Assembly (NCBI RefSeq): GCF_947568905.1
Contig: NC_079168.1
Location: 80,414,001 to 80,478,000 of the forward strand
Length of the DNA: 64,000 bases
From: Ostrea edulis
Lineage: Eukaryota
Direction: 5' to 3'
Shown: piece after piece, positions 25,601 through 37,600 of the stretch
Numbering within the stretch: position 1 is the stretch's first letter
How the letters are laid out: each line of letters starts with the position of its first letter
Position numbers and translations under genes: made by a program
The notes under the pieces: generated by a model
Database searches by the model: none
What the model was told of the DNA's origin: nothing
The model's input: the letters and a program-made list of their open reading frames with translations, nothing else

Positions 25601-28600
25601 TTTGTATACTGCGGTATATAGAATTTTAAAACAAAGGGGGAAATTCTTTAGTGAGCTCACAGAAAGAATTGGACTTGGAGTACAAATAGGAGAATTGATG
25701 TTATCTGACTTAGCCCCTGTGTGTGGTCAATCAAATCTCTCCAGGTCTCAATTTCATGAATATTAGAAGGAAAGAAATAGGAAAAAATGAAGGGGATGTA
25801 CATGTTTATTCACAAAGATAATATTTTGCTGTGTCATTGGTAACACCTACCACTGGGCTAGAATCCCTTCCAGAACAATGGGGAGCACGTAGGTCAAATT
25901 ACTGAAACTGAGAAGAGTGACCACTGGTCTGGACACTCTGAGTATGAATCCCTCCCAGAACAACAGGGACTAAGTCAGTTACTGAAACTGAGAAGAGTGA
26001 CGCAGCCTGCAGTAGGTGTAGATTGTGTTAGCACCATTAATTAGTGTGTATTGGAGATCAAACTTCAGATAACCAATACTGGCTAAGACAGGGAGTCAGC
26101 TGATCTCCTCGTGCCGCGGGTGTAAATTATTTCATAAGTATAAAGTCAGTCTAACATCAGGCTCGGAATAAAATTTTCTCTCTGTGTGGAACTGATATCC
26201 CATATGCCATACAAGTAAGTTATACAGAGACAAAACTTCACAGAAAAAGTGAATTTCGGCTGATTCCTATTTGGAATTACTTAATTTAAGTTGTTTTGTT
26301 TTTTCTTTTCTGAAGAAATGATTTGACATTATTCATCCTGGTTAACTTGGTTTTATCTTTTGAAAGCTAATTTCCCTTTCAAAAATAAATTACCTGAATT
26401 GATGAAAAATGATAATTTAAAGATGGATGAAAAAGGATAAATTAATTTCTGATAAAATGAATTTATTGTAACTTGATTAAGGAGACTGGATTTGGTTTGT
26501 ACTGATGCAGTTTTGATGTCAATTTTACAATTCTATAATGAGTACAATTTTCAGCGCACATTTGAAGATGTTATAGTTCAGTAACTGTTATAAAATCTGC
26601 TGTGATTATTTACTCTTTGTTTTACTGTTACACAACAGAACATTGATGAAGTACCTGATTTTATGTTGTGTGGTTGTTATACATCTGAAGGTTTGGTATA
26701 CATCTGTTGTGCAGTTTTCCCACGGTGGGGACCTAAGATTTAGCTTGAGGTACCTTATTAGGAACACATACTTAACGTGAAGGTTTAACCAATAACGTTA
26801 TACCCACACAAATGCAGTTAGGAAAAGTCTGTCAGAATAAGAACAATTCATGCAGTATATTGATGAAAAACATTTTTTAGCATTGGTCATGAATGTGTAT
26901 TAGATTTACAGACCCAAATCAAACACAAAGTATCACACTCTTGTGTTCAATTTAAAAACAATGTTGAAGAGAGGGTGCAAGATGAAATGAAACCACTTAA
27001 AGGGTTTTATACAAATTCCTTTAATATGTATGAAACAATTAAGTTCTAGCTTTATTATTCACTCGAATTTCAAACATCATCTCAATTTAGTTGTAGGATA
27101 ATATTAACTGCAAATCAATTGTTTCTGAGAAGCACAGGCCCAATGTACGGTACTTGTGAGTGTAATATTTTACAAAACAAAACTAAGTTTTACTGGCCAT
27201 GATCTTGGAGCCATTGTGTAATTTCAAAGACATAATTTTCATTTAATTTCTATATCAGACATGTCATAAACTTGGACCAATTTGTTTGGTTCTCTCTTCT
27301 CAAAGGTTTTGGACAGATCGAGTGTTTGGTTGTGTATAGTATACACATGTACATGGAAGTCTGTGTTGTGCATGATAAAGTTTTTAACAAATATACTGTG
27401 CATTTGCAGTAGATATATTCTAGCTGTAAAAGTTTTAAGGGTTATAAATCCATCAATTTGACACTTATGCAGTAAAAATAACTATATGCATAGATTTTTC
27501 ATGATATGGAAATTTAATTTAAAAAGGGATAAAAATAAATTTAATATTGCTTGAAAATTTTAAACTATATATAAAATGAAATATATCACATTTTTGAATG
27601 ATACTTATTGGGAGAATGTCCATAATAGAATATGCTTCAGATATAACATAATTATCAAAAATTTACTGCAATATATCTTTAACTGGGAATATAAGTATCA
27701 TTGAATGACTTTAAAATACTTTTGATATTCCTGTAATGAAGATATTTTTAAAAAGTAATATTTAATTTACTGGGTTTATTAACAGTGTGATAAATATTAA
27801 TGCAGGTGTGTAAATAACAAAATTCTCTGAAGATTCTAAAAATTTGACAAACACATTAATTAATGCTAATTTATAGGTAAGGATTCTGACAGATAAATTA
27901 ATGCCTCAGATAAAATTTTCTTCCTTATTACAATGTAGAAATTTAAACAATTGCAATACTGAAAGAACCTTTCACAAAGATGATTGCTATTGTAAGTTAT
28001 ATTGGACCCTGGAAGGAAGGGGGGGGGGGGGGGTGTTTCCCTCAGAATTACTATGTACTCCCCAATAGATGAGGGGAATTTGTAGTGAATGAGGCATGAG
28101 TAGGGGAACCAAATATTTACTGGTTCTCAGGACAGGAAATTTGCGAATTTGACCCCATTAATTAAGGACCCAACCTGTAACTAATAATTAGTCCTGAGGC
28201 TGTTTATAACATTTACTTATAAGGTTTGTTTCAATTACCTTTTGCTTTTTATATGTTGTTTTGTGTTTGGATCATTATGATGATGTGTAAATTTCAGGAA
28301 GTATCTTTGCCTCTTTTGTATTTTCGTATGGATAATTGCTCTTCATGTCTGAGCACAACTAATTCCGACTTCATATTAACACTAGTCAACATTTTCCAGT
28401 GCAGAAATGATTTAATATAGGAAATGAAGCATTGAAACAAGTTTTCATAATTGATAAGTTTCATTGATTCTGTATGCTGCACTTCTTAGGTTGAGGCGGA
28501 AGAAATGACAAACAGTTCATGAAAGATGATGCTGAAGTTCAATAAAATATGATTTAGAGAATTTGTAATCTTTCCCTGTGCACTGGTGGCTGAGATTTGA

Positions 28601-31600
28601 ATAACTCTATTATAAATGAATTTATATAACAATTGCTAGCCCATTCTTACGTAAGGCGGAATAACACACCAGAGAAAGCTGTTATGAATGGAAAGTGGAG
28701 GATATGTACAATAGATGAATTTACCTTATTTGGTTCTAAAAATGCAGTTTTAGCAGAATGTATTAATCTGGGGAAAAAAAATTTAAACCCCTGCTAGACT
28801 CGAACGGATGAACTACAGATCAGCAGCCGACACATTAACTTCTAGGCGATTAGATTTAAAAGCAATATAAATTTGTATTGCTGGTATTTATTTTTCTCAA
28901 AGGGCAGTCGATCAGCCATTATGACAAATTGAATGTATTATTCCTCCATAAATGGCTTCCTGACATTTTTTTTAATCACTTAGACACATTGTGAGTTTGA
29001 TTGTGCTCTTAATATATGAACTCTCTTTTGTTGCCCACCATTCTTAGTATGGATCGCTCATAATATAAAAATCTAGTTCAAAGTGATGGATTTTTCCACT
29101 CATAAGAGTTTTTATAACCTATTTAAGTTCTAAATTCTTCTACTTAATGTTTCTGTAAAGCATGAAATAAATTCACAGGATAGAGTTGATAAAATTGTTG
29201 TTTTATTTTTGTAATTGGTAATATACATGTATGTTAACAAAATTTCAAATCTTAGTGGAATTAATTCAAAGATTTTAATAAAGATTTTAATAATTGTATA
29301 TAAAATTTTACCCCAAAAAACCAACAAAATAAACCTAGACAATTTAACCTGCATATCAATTTAATCTACTCTGTCACAGTGAGATTATTATTCATAATGG
29401 TTGCTCTCTGTTTCATTTGTGAGTTCTAATACTCTGTAACTTTGAATTAAGACACTTGATTTTCTTTGGTTCTAAATTAATCTTTTTGCATGTTGTAGGG
29501 GGCTTCAATTCCGGCATTTGAGTCGATAATAAGAGACCTAGAGTGCAGTCAGATTATATTTCAGCCATATCCTCCTGTACTTCAACACCAGAATTAACTT
29601 TCACACCCCTTTCACATGTGGTGCAATTAAAAACTCTTTTTTACTGTTAAGAAATATTTCAATGTTTAATACTTTTTGTTTTTTTTAAAAGGCAAATCAT
29701 TCCTTGTTGGGTGGCTCCTGTGTTGCCATGGCAATGGATAAAGCAGGGTTAAAAGCATGACTGCCCCCTGATTTTGACAAGTCTGTCGGAATCAGAAAGA
29801 TAATGATGTAACTCATAAAGTGTAACTTGCGTTATTGCATACTAAGTAAACAATCTTTTTTTTGTTCATCCATTTTGTTTGTAACTTTTTCTTAATTTTT
29901 CACACTCCTGCCCATGTTTGTTTGAAAACCTTAAAACCCTTATGATTTTCAGTATTGTAGAGTCAAATACCCTTGTCTCTTTTAAAATGATTGTTATCGT
30001 TTTTAACATTAATGTCCTAATTTACTGTGTCCTTCACTTGTTTCTTTTGAAAAATATTCTTTTCAATCAGACAGATCTAAATAAAATAAAAAGGGTACAG
30101 AAATAGCAGGAGAAATCTATATTTATTGGAGGACAGACGCAGGAAACTTTTATAAGCGTAGTTGCGGTTAGAGTCCGGAACTCGATACTTGACCTGTGGT
30201 GTATATAACGAATGACCTCGCTGAGAGATACAGGGACTGCGGACACGGTATACTAATGAGGAGCTTTGCTACTGTGTGTAGAGTATTAGTATTCAATGTA
30301 TAGTCACTGAGTGTGGTCTATGTCTAATGGGCCAGCATCAGGTTTAACTGCGTATAAATCTCTCAGCGAATGTTGAATGGCAAGCTTGCAGTCTCATGCA
30401 GTTCTTTGTATTGCCATTTTTTGATATGTACCCTTTAAACTTGCACAAAAGAGCAAATCAATTTCTCTTATACAATGTAAGATTGAAATTTACTGTGGAT
30501 TATATGTATGTATTCATCTTTTAAAAAATTCGAAATGTAACAAGAATTACATGTATTTGGATATCCACATAATATACCAGATTCGGTTTGTTCTGAACTA
30601 AACTGGTTCATGTTTTCTCAAACATTATTTATCATTTTTTATGTAAATCATTCAATATGATGTAACTCATTTAAAGTTGGACATTCTTAATGCAAGAATA
30701 AGAGCATATTTTAGCCTTGTGTTTATGTTTACAAACAAACTAATGAAATGTTAATTATCCTAATTTTGCACGGACACAAAATTAATTTAACTTGATTTTA
30801 AATGGCACATTTTAATTAAGAATACTTGAGATGTGATATATATCATAAACTGCAATCGATAACCGTGCATTTTCAAAATTTTGTGAACAATAATATACCT
30901 CAATCTTTGTTTACACAACAAATAATAAACTCTAATGAGCTTCAATCATAATGTATAATAATAATTTTTTTTATGAAACCTTTAAAACAAAGTAGACAGT
31001 ATAAGATTTCGTTCATTTAAAAAGTAAAAAACAAAATTTGGGGGAAAATCGTGAATCGGTCCCTTGAACAGTTATAGTACGATTATGGTGTTTATATTGT
31101 GTTTGTTGAATTTTTGCTATTTGAAAACTTGCAATAATATCAGGGTTTGTAAATGTTATGGAACTTTAATAAATATTTTTATATTATGGTACTAGGTATT
31201 TATGTTTGAATTTGAAGTTAATGAGAGATCTGTGTATTGAGGTCTTGCCTGTTATTTTTACGGTACGAAATTCTATATTTATAGGAATTCGGAGAAGAGG
31301 AAGGAGAAGTCTCGAGATGCAGCTCGATGTCGACGCGGCAGGGAGACGGAGATTTTCTCTGAACTGGCTGATCAGATCCCACAATACATTGGCAGTCACG
31401 GTCAGTTGGACAAGGCGTCCATAATGAGGCTGGCCATCAGCTATCTAAAGATCAGCAAAATCATGGAAACGCAACGGAACAATAGTAAGTTTCCTCAGAG
31501 TCAGTCTGCTATCTACAGATTAGTAAAATCATGGAACAGTAAGTTTTCTCAGAGTCAGTTTGCTATCTACAGATTAGTAAAATCATGGAACAGTAAGTTT

Positions 31601-34600
31601 TCTCAGAGTACCAACAAGCATCAGTACAGCCTGATTGTTGCAGACATTTATCGTCCTGAACGATGTAATATAATAAAGACGGAACATGTGCATGTGAAAC
31701 TATGGCTTTTTGCGTTTGTATGTCTGTGATTGGGGTTCTAAGTGATTAACGATGAATTATTGAGTTAGTAATTAAAAATGTGTATTACAGTGTTTTATTA
31801 GCCATTGTTGTACTTGCAGGACATGCTCCATGTGAGGAATTCGATACGCTGTACAGCAAGGCCCTGGATGGATTTATCGCCATTCTGTCTAATGAAGGGG
31901 ATCTCGTCTACATCTCGGAGAGCGTTTCCAAGTACCTGGGTATTCAACAGGTGAGAACTTATACCCTGCAGGTCAAAGGTCAAGGTTATGCCATTGTTAA
32001 TCCTTATAAGAAAATTGCTTGCTTGAAATGATCAAATAGTCTCTCACCTTTCTCTCTTTCTCCTTCTGCAAATTTGCAATAGTATCATTGGTGTACATTG
32101 ATTTTGTGATGACCACTTATTTCCCATACACTGTCATTTGTCTTTTAAATAAATGGTTTGTAGGTGAGTTATTTCCCTAGTCCTACAAATGGCAGACAGC
32201 TCAGTTAATAGCTAATACTCGGGTGGAAAAATAACTTTCAAATGGTAAAAACTTCTTTCAGACAGTGCACTAAGCGACATCTTTTTCACATCATTTGCAT
32301 TTGATGTCATATTTGTTTCAGGTCACACTTTATCCTCACATGATTGAATTCAATTTCATGCTGTGGACATAAAAAATATTCCTGAAAATGATTACAGCTT
32401 TCACATGAAAAACATTTGCTCTTCTTATCTTATCTTAAACTACAATACTTTAAGAACCTCCAGAATTAGATGCTATTTGTTTTCATTTAGTTTTACAAAT
32501 TATTGGGTAGTGCCTTACAAATGTAAAGTTTTTCGATTTGTCATTACTTTCCGAGTTAGTGAGTTGTATTGGTGATTAAAACAGAACCTAAAATAGATTT
32601 CATGCTGTAATTTTGTGTAATGGGATATTCAAAAAATCTGCAAGTCATTATGAATGGATAAAGTTAAACCAAATCAATCCAAATCACAAGGTCATTGGCT
32701 GATTGGGTGAACTGGTCGTCTTCAAGAGAACCAGTTTATTTCAGTTGACATGACTTCTGTGTGTCCTATATGTTTAAAATGGACAAATAAGTATTTGTTT
32801 AAAATGAACCAGCAGTTCTAAGTTTTATTATCTTTAGGTCAAAAGCCTGATCATTTGTAATCAAACACGGATATATGTTCAAAGGGTGTGAACTATAAAT
32901 CTTCTCTTAATTGTCTTGCAGCACCCCAAAGTGTTTATAATTACTCCCTTATCATACGGTTTACATTCGTGTGGGTCCAGTTGTTTATTTCTTGACTTGA
33001 TTTTTTTTTTATTATTAGGAAAGTACATTTTAATGAACATTTTAAAAACAGCAATACAATTTATAGAGTTAGTTCCCTTGTGTGAATTTTGTTCTTTGGA
33101 TTGGATCTCTGAAATTCCTTTTTAAATAAGTATATCCAAAAAAATCATTTATTGTGGTTTAAAGATAGGAAGATTACACATGTGCATTGGATATCTGAGT
33201 ATGAGTCAATGGATTGGTATCAGGACAACTCGCCCCCAAGACAACTCGCCCTCAAGACAACTCGCCCCCTCCTTGGGACAACTCACCCTCTCTCAGGACA
33301 ACTCTCACTCTCTCTTTGCAATTATTATTTTTGGTCTAAATCCAAGAGTTTTATTAGCGAAAATAGATAAAATTGTAGATGAAATATACATCACAGACAA
33401 AAAGACATGTATAAACACCGAACTTTGTGTCTTTTTATGCAAGACGAAAGATCTAATTTTCACAAGGCGTGAAAATCCAGTGTTTGGGTCCAGTAAATTC
33501 ATTATCAATTTTATGTAAAATATATACTTATACATGTAACAGGAAGAAGCTAGGTTTTGGTAGGGAGTGAATAAGCTTGATGCTTCAGCTGGCGTGTAGA
33601 ATTAATTATCAGTAATCTACTTCTGTTGTTCTTAAAAATTTAATTGCTTGATTTCCCCAAAGCTGATATATATTTTAAGGTAAAAATAATCAATAAAACA
33701 AATCCATTATGATAAAAATTCTTGAATGGAAATTTTATGATTTTTCAACAAGAATTAGTTGAGAAACGTATTTAAAGATAATTACATGTATCAGAATATT
33801 CACACTTCACTTCACAATTATTCTTATGTAGTATACATATCGTATTGATCAATACAACCACCACCCCTAAAAATAAAAGATTCAAACTTTTCTTAATATT
33901 ACACACACATACACACACTAATCTACACACACACAAAATAGGATTATAGTGTGATGATATATTTATATATAATATTGGGGGCGAGTTGTCTCAAGAGAGG
34001 GGGCGAGTTGTCCTGATAGAGGGCAAGTTGTCCAGCATTCGATGGATTCTGTCAAGATTGGGGAGGGGGGGTCTCTTTAATGTAAATTGCTTGAGATCTA
34101 AGTTGAAAGCTGATGAAGTCTTTGTTGTTCGTAGGTGAGAAATGAGCTACTAGGTCCTGCCATGTTTTTGTCATGCAAGCATGGTATTAACTTCCGACTT
34201 TCTAAGGGTTTTCCAATTTATTTGTAGGATTAATCAATAAATTGCATGGACTCCCGACCTTGTAAATTTGCAACACTCTCTTTATCATTATGAATACATC
34301 AAGAAACTTTCCTTGGTATACTACTGATATTGATTAATTTCATTGTGGTTTTCAAGTTTCCTGGAAAATTTTCCTAAAGTTCAACTCTACTGGTAGTTAT
34401 TTTCGGACATGGGCCTCATGCACCGACTATAACTTATATTTTCAAATTATACTCAGGAATCATTAAACTGTAAATTGCTTTTTTATTTTTAAGAACATTA
34501 TTTGCATGTTATTTCACAAGAATAACCATTTACAAAAATTTAGTTCTCAATAATAAACTCTTACATGTAGCCATGGATATAGATGTTTTATGCAATAAAC

Positions 34601-37600
34601 AGTGATTTAATTTCATGGTAGTTATGTCTCATGAATAATACATCATTGTATCCAGGTGAAAATATGGTCTCGCGAAATCAGACAAGTCACGAAACTACAT
34701 CTAACAACACATGCATGTTAAGTTAATATTTATTAGATCATTGATTTGATAAAAATCGTACTTCCATAACAGGTGGACCTAGTGGGGCAGTCAATATACG
34801 AATTTGTCCATCCTTGTGACCACGAGGACATCACAGATATTTTTCACAACACTGGACGCGACAAGAAAAAATCGGATGACCGTCATCACACTTTCTTCGT
34901 CAGAATGAAATGCACGCTGACCAACAAGGGCAAGAATGTCAATCTGAAGTCAGCAACTTATAAGGTAAGAGTCACGGTGTTCTGCAGACATTCAAAAGAC
35001 ATATATCCGGAATCAAAATAATGATAAATGTTATTTACCGCGCTCAGAAACTCTGTAGAGGAAACAGACATTTTCAATATGATTTGATTACACAATTCAC
35101 ATCAGTAGCATTTGATTACACAATTCACATCACACAATTCACATCAGTAGCATTTGATTACACAATTCACATCAGTAACATTTGATTACACAATTCACAT
35201 CAGTAACATTTGATTACACAATTCACATCACACAATTCACATCAGTAACATTTGATTACACAATTCACATCACACAATTCACATCAGTAACATTTGATTA
35301 CACAAATCACATCAGTAGCATTTGATTACACAAATCACATCAGTAGCATTTGATTACACAATTCACATCACACAATTCACATCAGTAACATTTGATTACA
35401 CAATTCACATCACACAATTCACATCAGTAGCATTTGATTACACAATTCACATCAGTAACATTTGATTACACAATTCACATCAGTAACATTTGATTACACA
35501 TCAGTAACATTTGATTACACAATTCACATCAGTAACATTTGATTACACAATTCACATCAGTAGCATTTGATTACACAATTCACATCACACAATTCACATC
35601 AGTAACATTTGATTACACATCAGTAACATTTGATCACACAATTCACATCAGTAACATTTGATTACACAATTCACATCACACTATTCACATCAGTAGCATT
35701 TGATTACACAATTCACATCAGTAACATTTGATTACACTTCAGTAACATTTGATCACACAATTCACATCAGTAACATTTGATTACACAATTCACATCACAC
35801 AATTCACATCAGTAGCATTTGATTACACAATTCACATCAGTAACATTTGATTACACATCAGTTACATTTGATTACACAATTCACATCAGTAGCATTTGAT
35901 TACACAATTCACATCAGTAACATTTGATTACACAATTCACATCACACAATTCACATCAGTAGCATTTGATTACACAATTCACATCAGTAACATTTGATTA
36001 CACATCAGTAACATTTGATTACACAATTCACATCAGTAACATTTGATTACACAATTCACATCATACAATTCACATCAGTAACATTTGATTACACAATTCA
36101 CATCAGTAACATTTGATTACACAATTCACATCAGTAACATTTGATTACACAATTCACATCACACAATTCACATCAGTAGCATTTGATTACACAATTCACA
36201 TCAGTAGCATTTGATTACACAATTCACATCACACAATTCACATCAGTAACATTTGATTACACAATTCACATCAGTAACATTTGATTACACAATTCACATC
36301 AGTAACATTTGATTACACAATTCACATCAGTAACATTTGAGCATAATGTTTTCATAATCCGTTGTCTATAGCTTCGTTAAATTTTTTATTACCAGGCTTA
36401 AGCAAGTATAAAATGATATACTGACAGCGTTTGTTTTTAATTGGTGTATCTTGCATTATGCAGTCGTTAGTGTATTTGTATTACATAGATGTTAATAAGC
36501 ATGTTAATGTTTAGTGCTGAAAATTTGCAATTTAAAAAGCACAAATTGGATGAGGCTCATTACTCAGTATAGCTCACAGTCAACAATTTGCTCAATCTTG
36601 AAATTGATGAACTGAAAACACGCAGGTCAGGATATTGTCTGAAGGAAAGCATCCCTCATAGGTCAGATCTTCCAATGACGTTTTATCATTGTCTTCTCTT
36701 GTGTCCAGGTGATCAAATTTTCGGGGAAGCTGATCAAGGACAATATCAAAAAGGAATCGGGAGGGGAGGGGACTGCCCCATATCTGTTGGTCATTGGGGA
36801 GCCCATCCCCCACCCGTCAAACATTGAGATCCCCCTCGACAGAATGACTTTCCTCAGCAGACACAACATGGACATGAGATTCACCTACTGCGATGACAGG
36901 TACGTGGATCCGCAGTTGCAAACAGAATTTCAAAGAATTTTACATGTAATGGAAGATTGATAATATCTTACAGAGTGAAACAGGGTCTTGTTTTAAAACT
37001 TGAAATCCATTCAGATTTCTCAACTATTCATTTTTCTTGTCTTTGGATTTCAAGGAAGACACAATTGTTTGAAAAAACAAGACAACTTTATAGTGTATTT
37101 TCATTTGTTCAAATGACCAAATAAATGCCAATGGTCAGTATAAACTAGTAAATGCCAATGGTCAGTATAAACTAGTAAATGCCAATGGTCAGTATAAATA
37201 TTGCACTCATTGTCCATCTGATCGCATCGCCATCTGTAAACAATTATAGTTTAATCTTCCTTACCGGAAGAGATGGGCACCCAGTTAACCACTTTTGTTA
37301 CAATTAAACCGTACCCGTTCTTACCTGCTTTTCAAGATCCAATGGGCTAATTTGGATTATCTTATATTCAAAAACAACTGAAAACTCTGTTGAAGAATCT
37401 GTGAAACTTCCTGCTTGGACATTTATTGCTACATTTGTTCGTAAATTGAAACCAATTTTTTTCAACTTTGACACACTTCAGAAGTCTGTCGTAGAGAGGA
37501 GAGAAAATGATTCTATAAAAAGTATTTCATGTGGGAAAATAAGAAAACATTTGTCTGATGAAGTAATGATGTGTTAAAACTTTTTTTTTTCTTTCAATGA

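Noticed and set aside
28776-28856. Possible tRNA gene
   Set aside because: Only a B-box and a partial arm are present and there is no acceptor stem. It was treated as a SINE-like remnant.
29499-29620. Acceptor-like site (TGTTGTAG|G) followed by GC-richer sequence in intron 1
   Set aside because: In the phase set by the first exons it reaches TAA after 9 codons, and there is no good donor.
31406-31729. Track ORFs extending HIF-alpha exons with alternative starts (also 31780, 36709, 43107, 43505, 45586, 48090, 52427)
   Set aside because: They are exon frames read through into intron sequence. The real boundaries are the GT-AG sites given.
35082-36340. CRISPR-like regular arrays (also 18116-19910, 53352-53715 and 61975-62316)
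   Set aside because: The units are head-to-tail with no unique spacers, there are no cas genes, and the context is eukaryotic intron.
36900-36906. TACGTG HRE-like hexamers at the exon 5 donor and inside exon 7 (about 43435)
   Set aside because: They are dictated by splice-site or coding constraints, and such hexamers are expected by chance in 64 kb.
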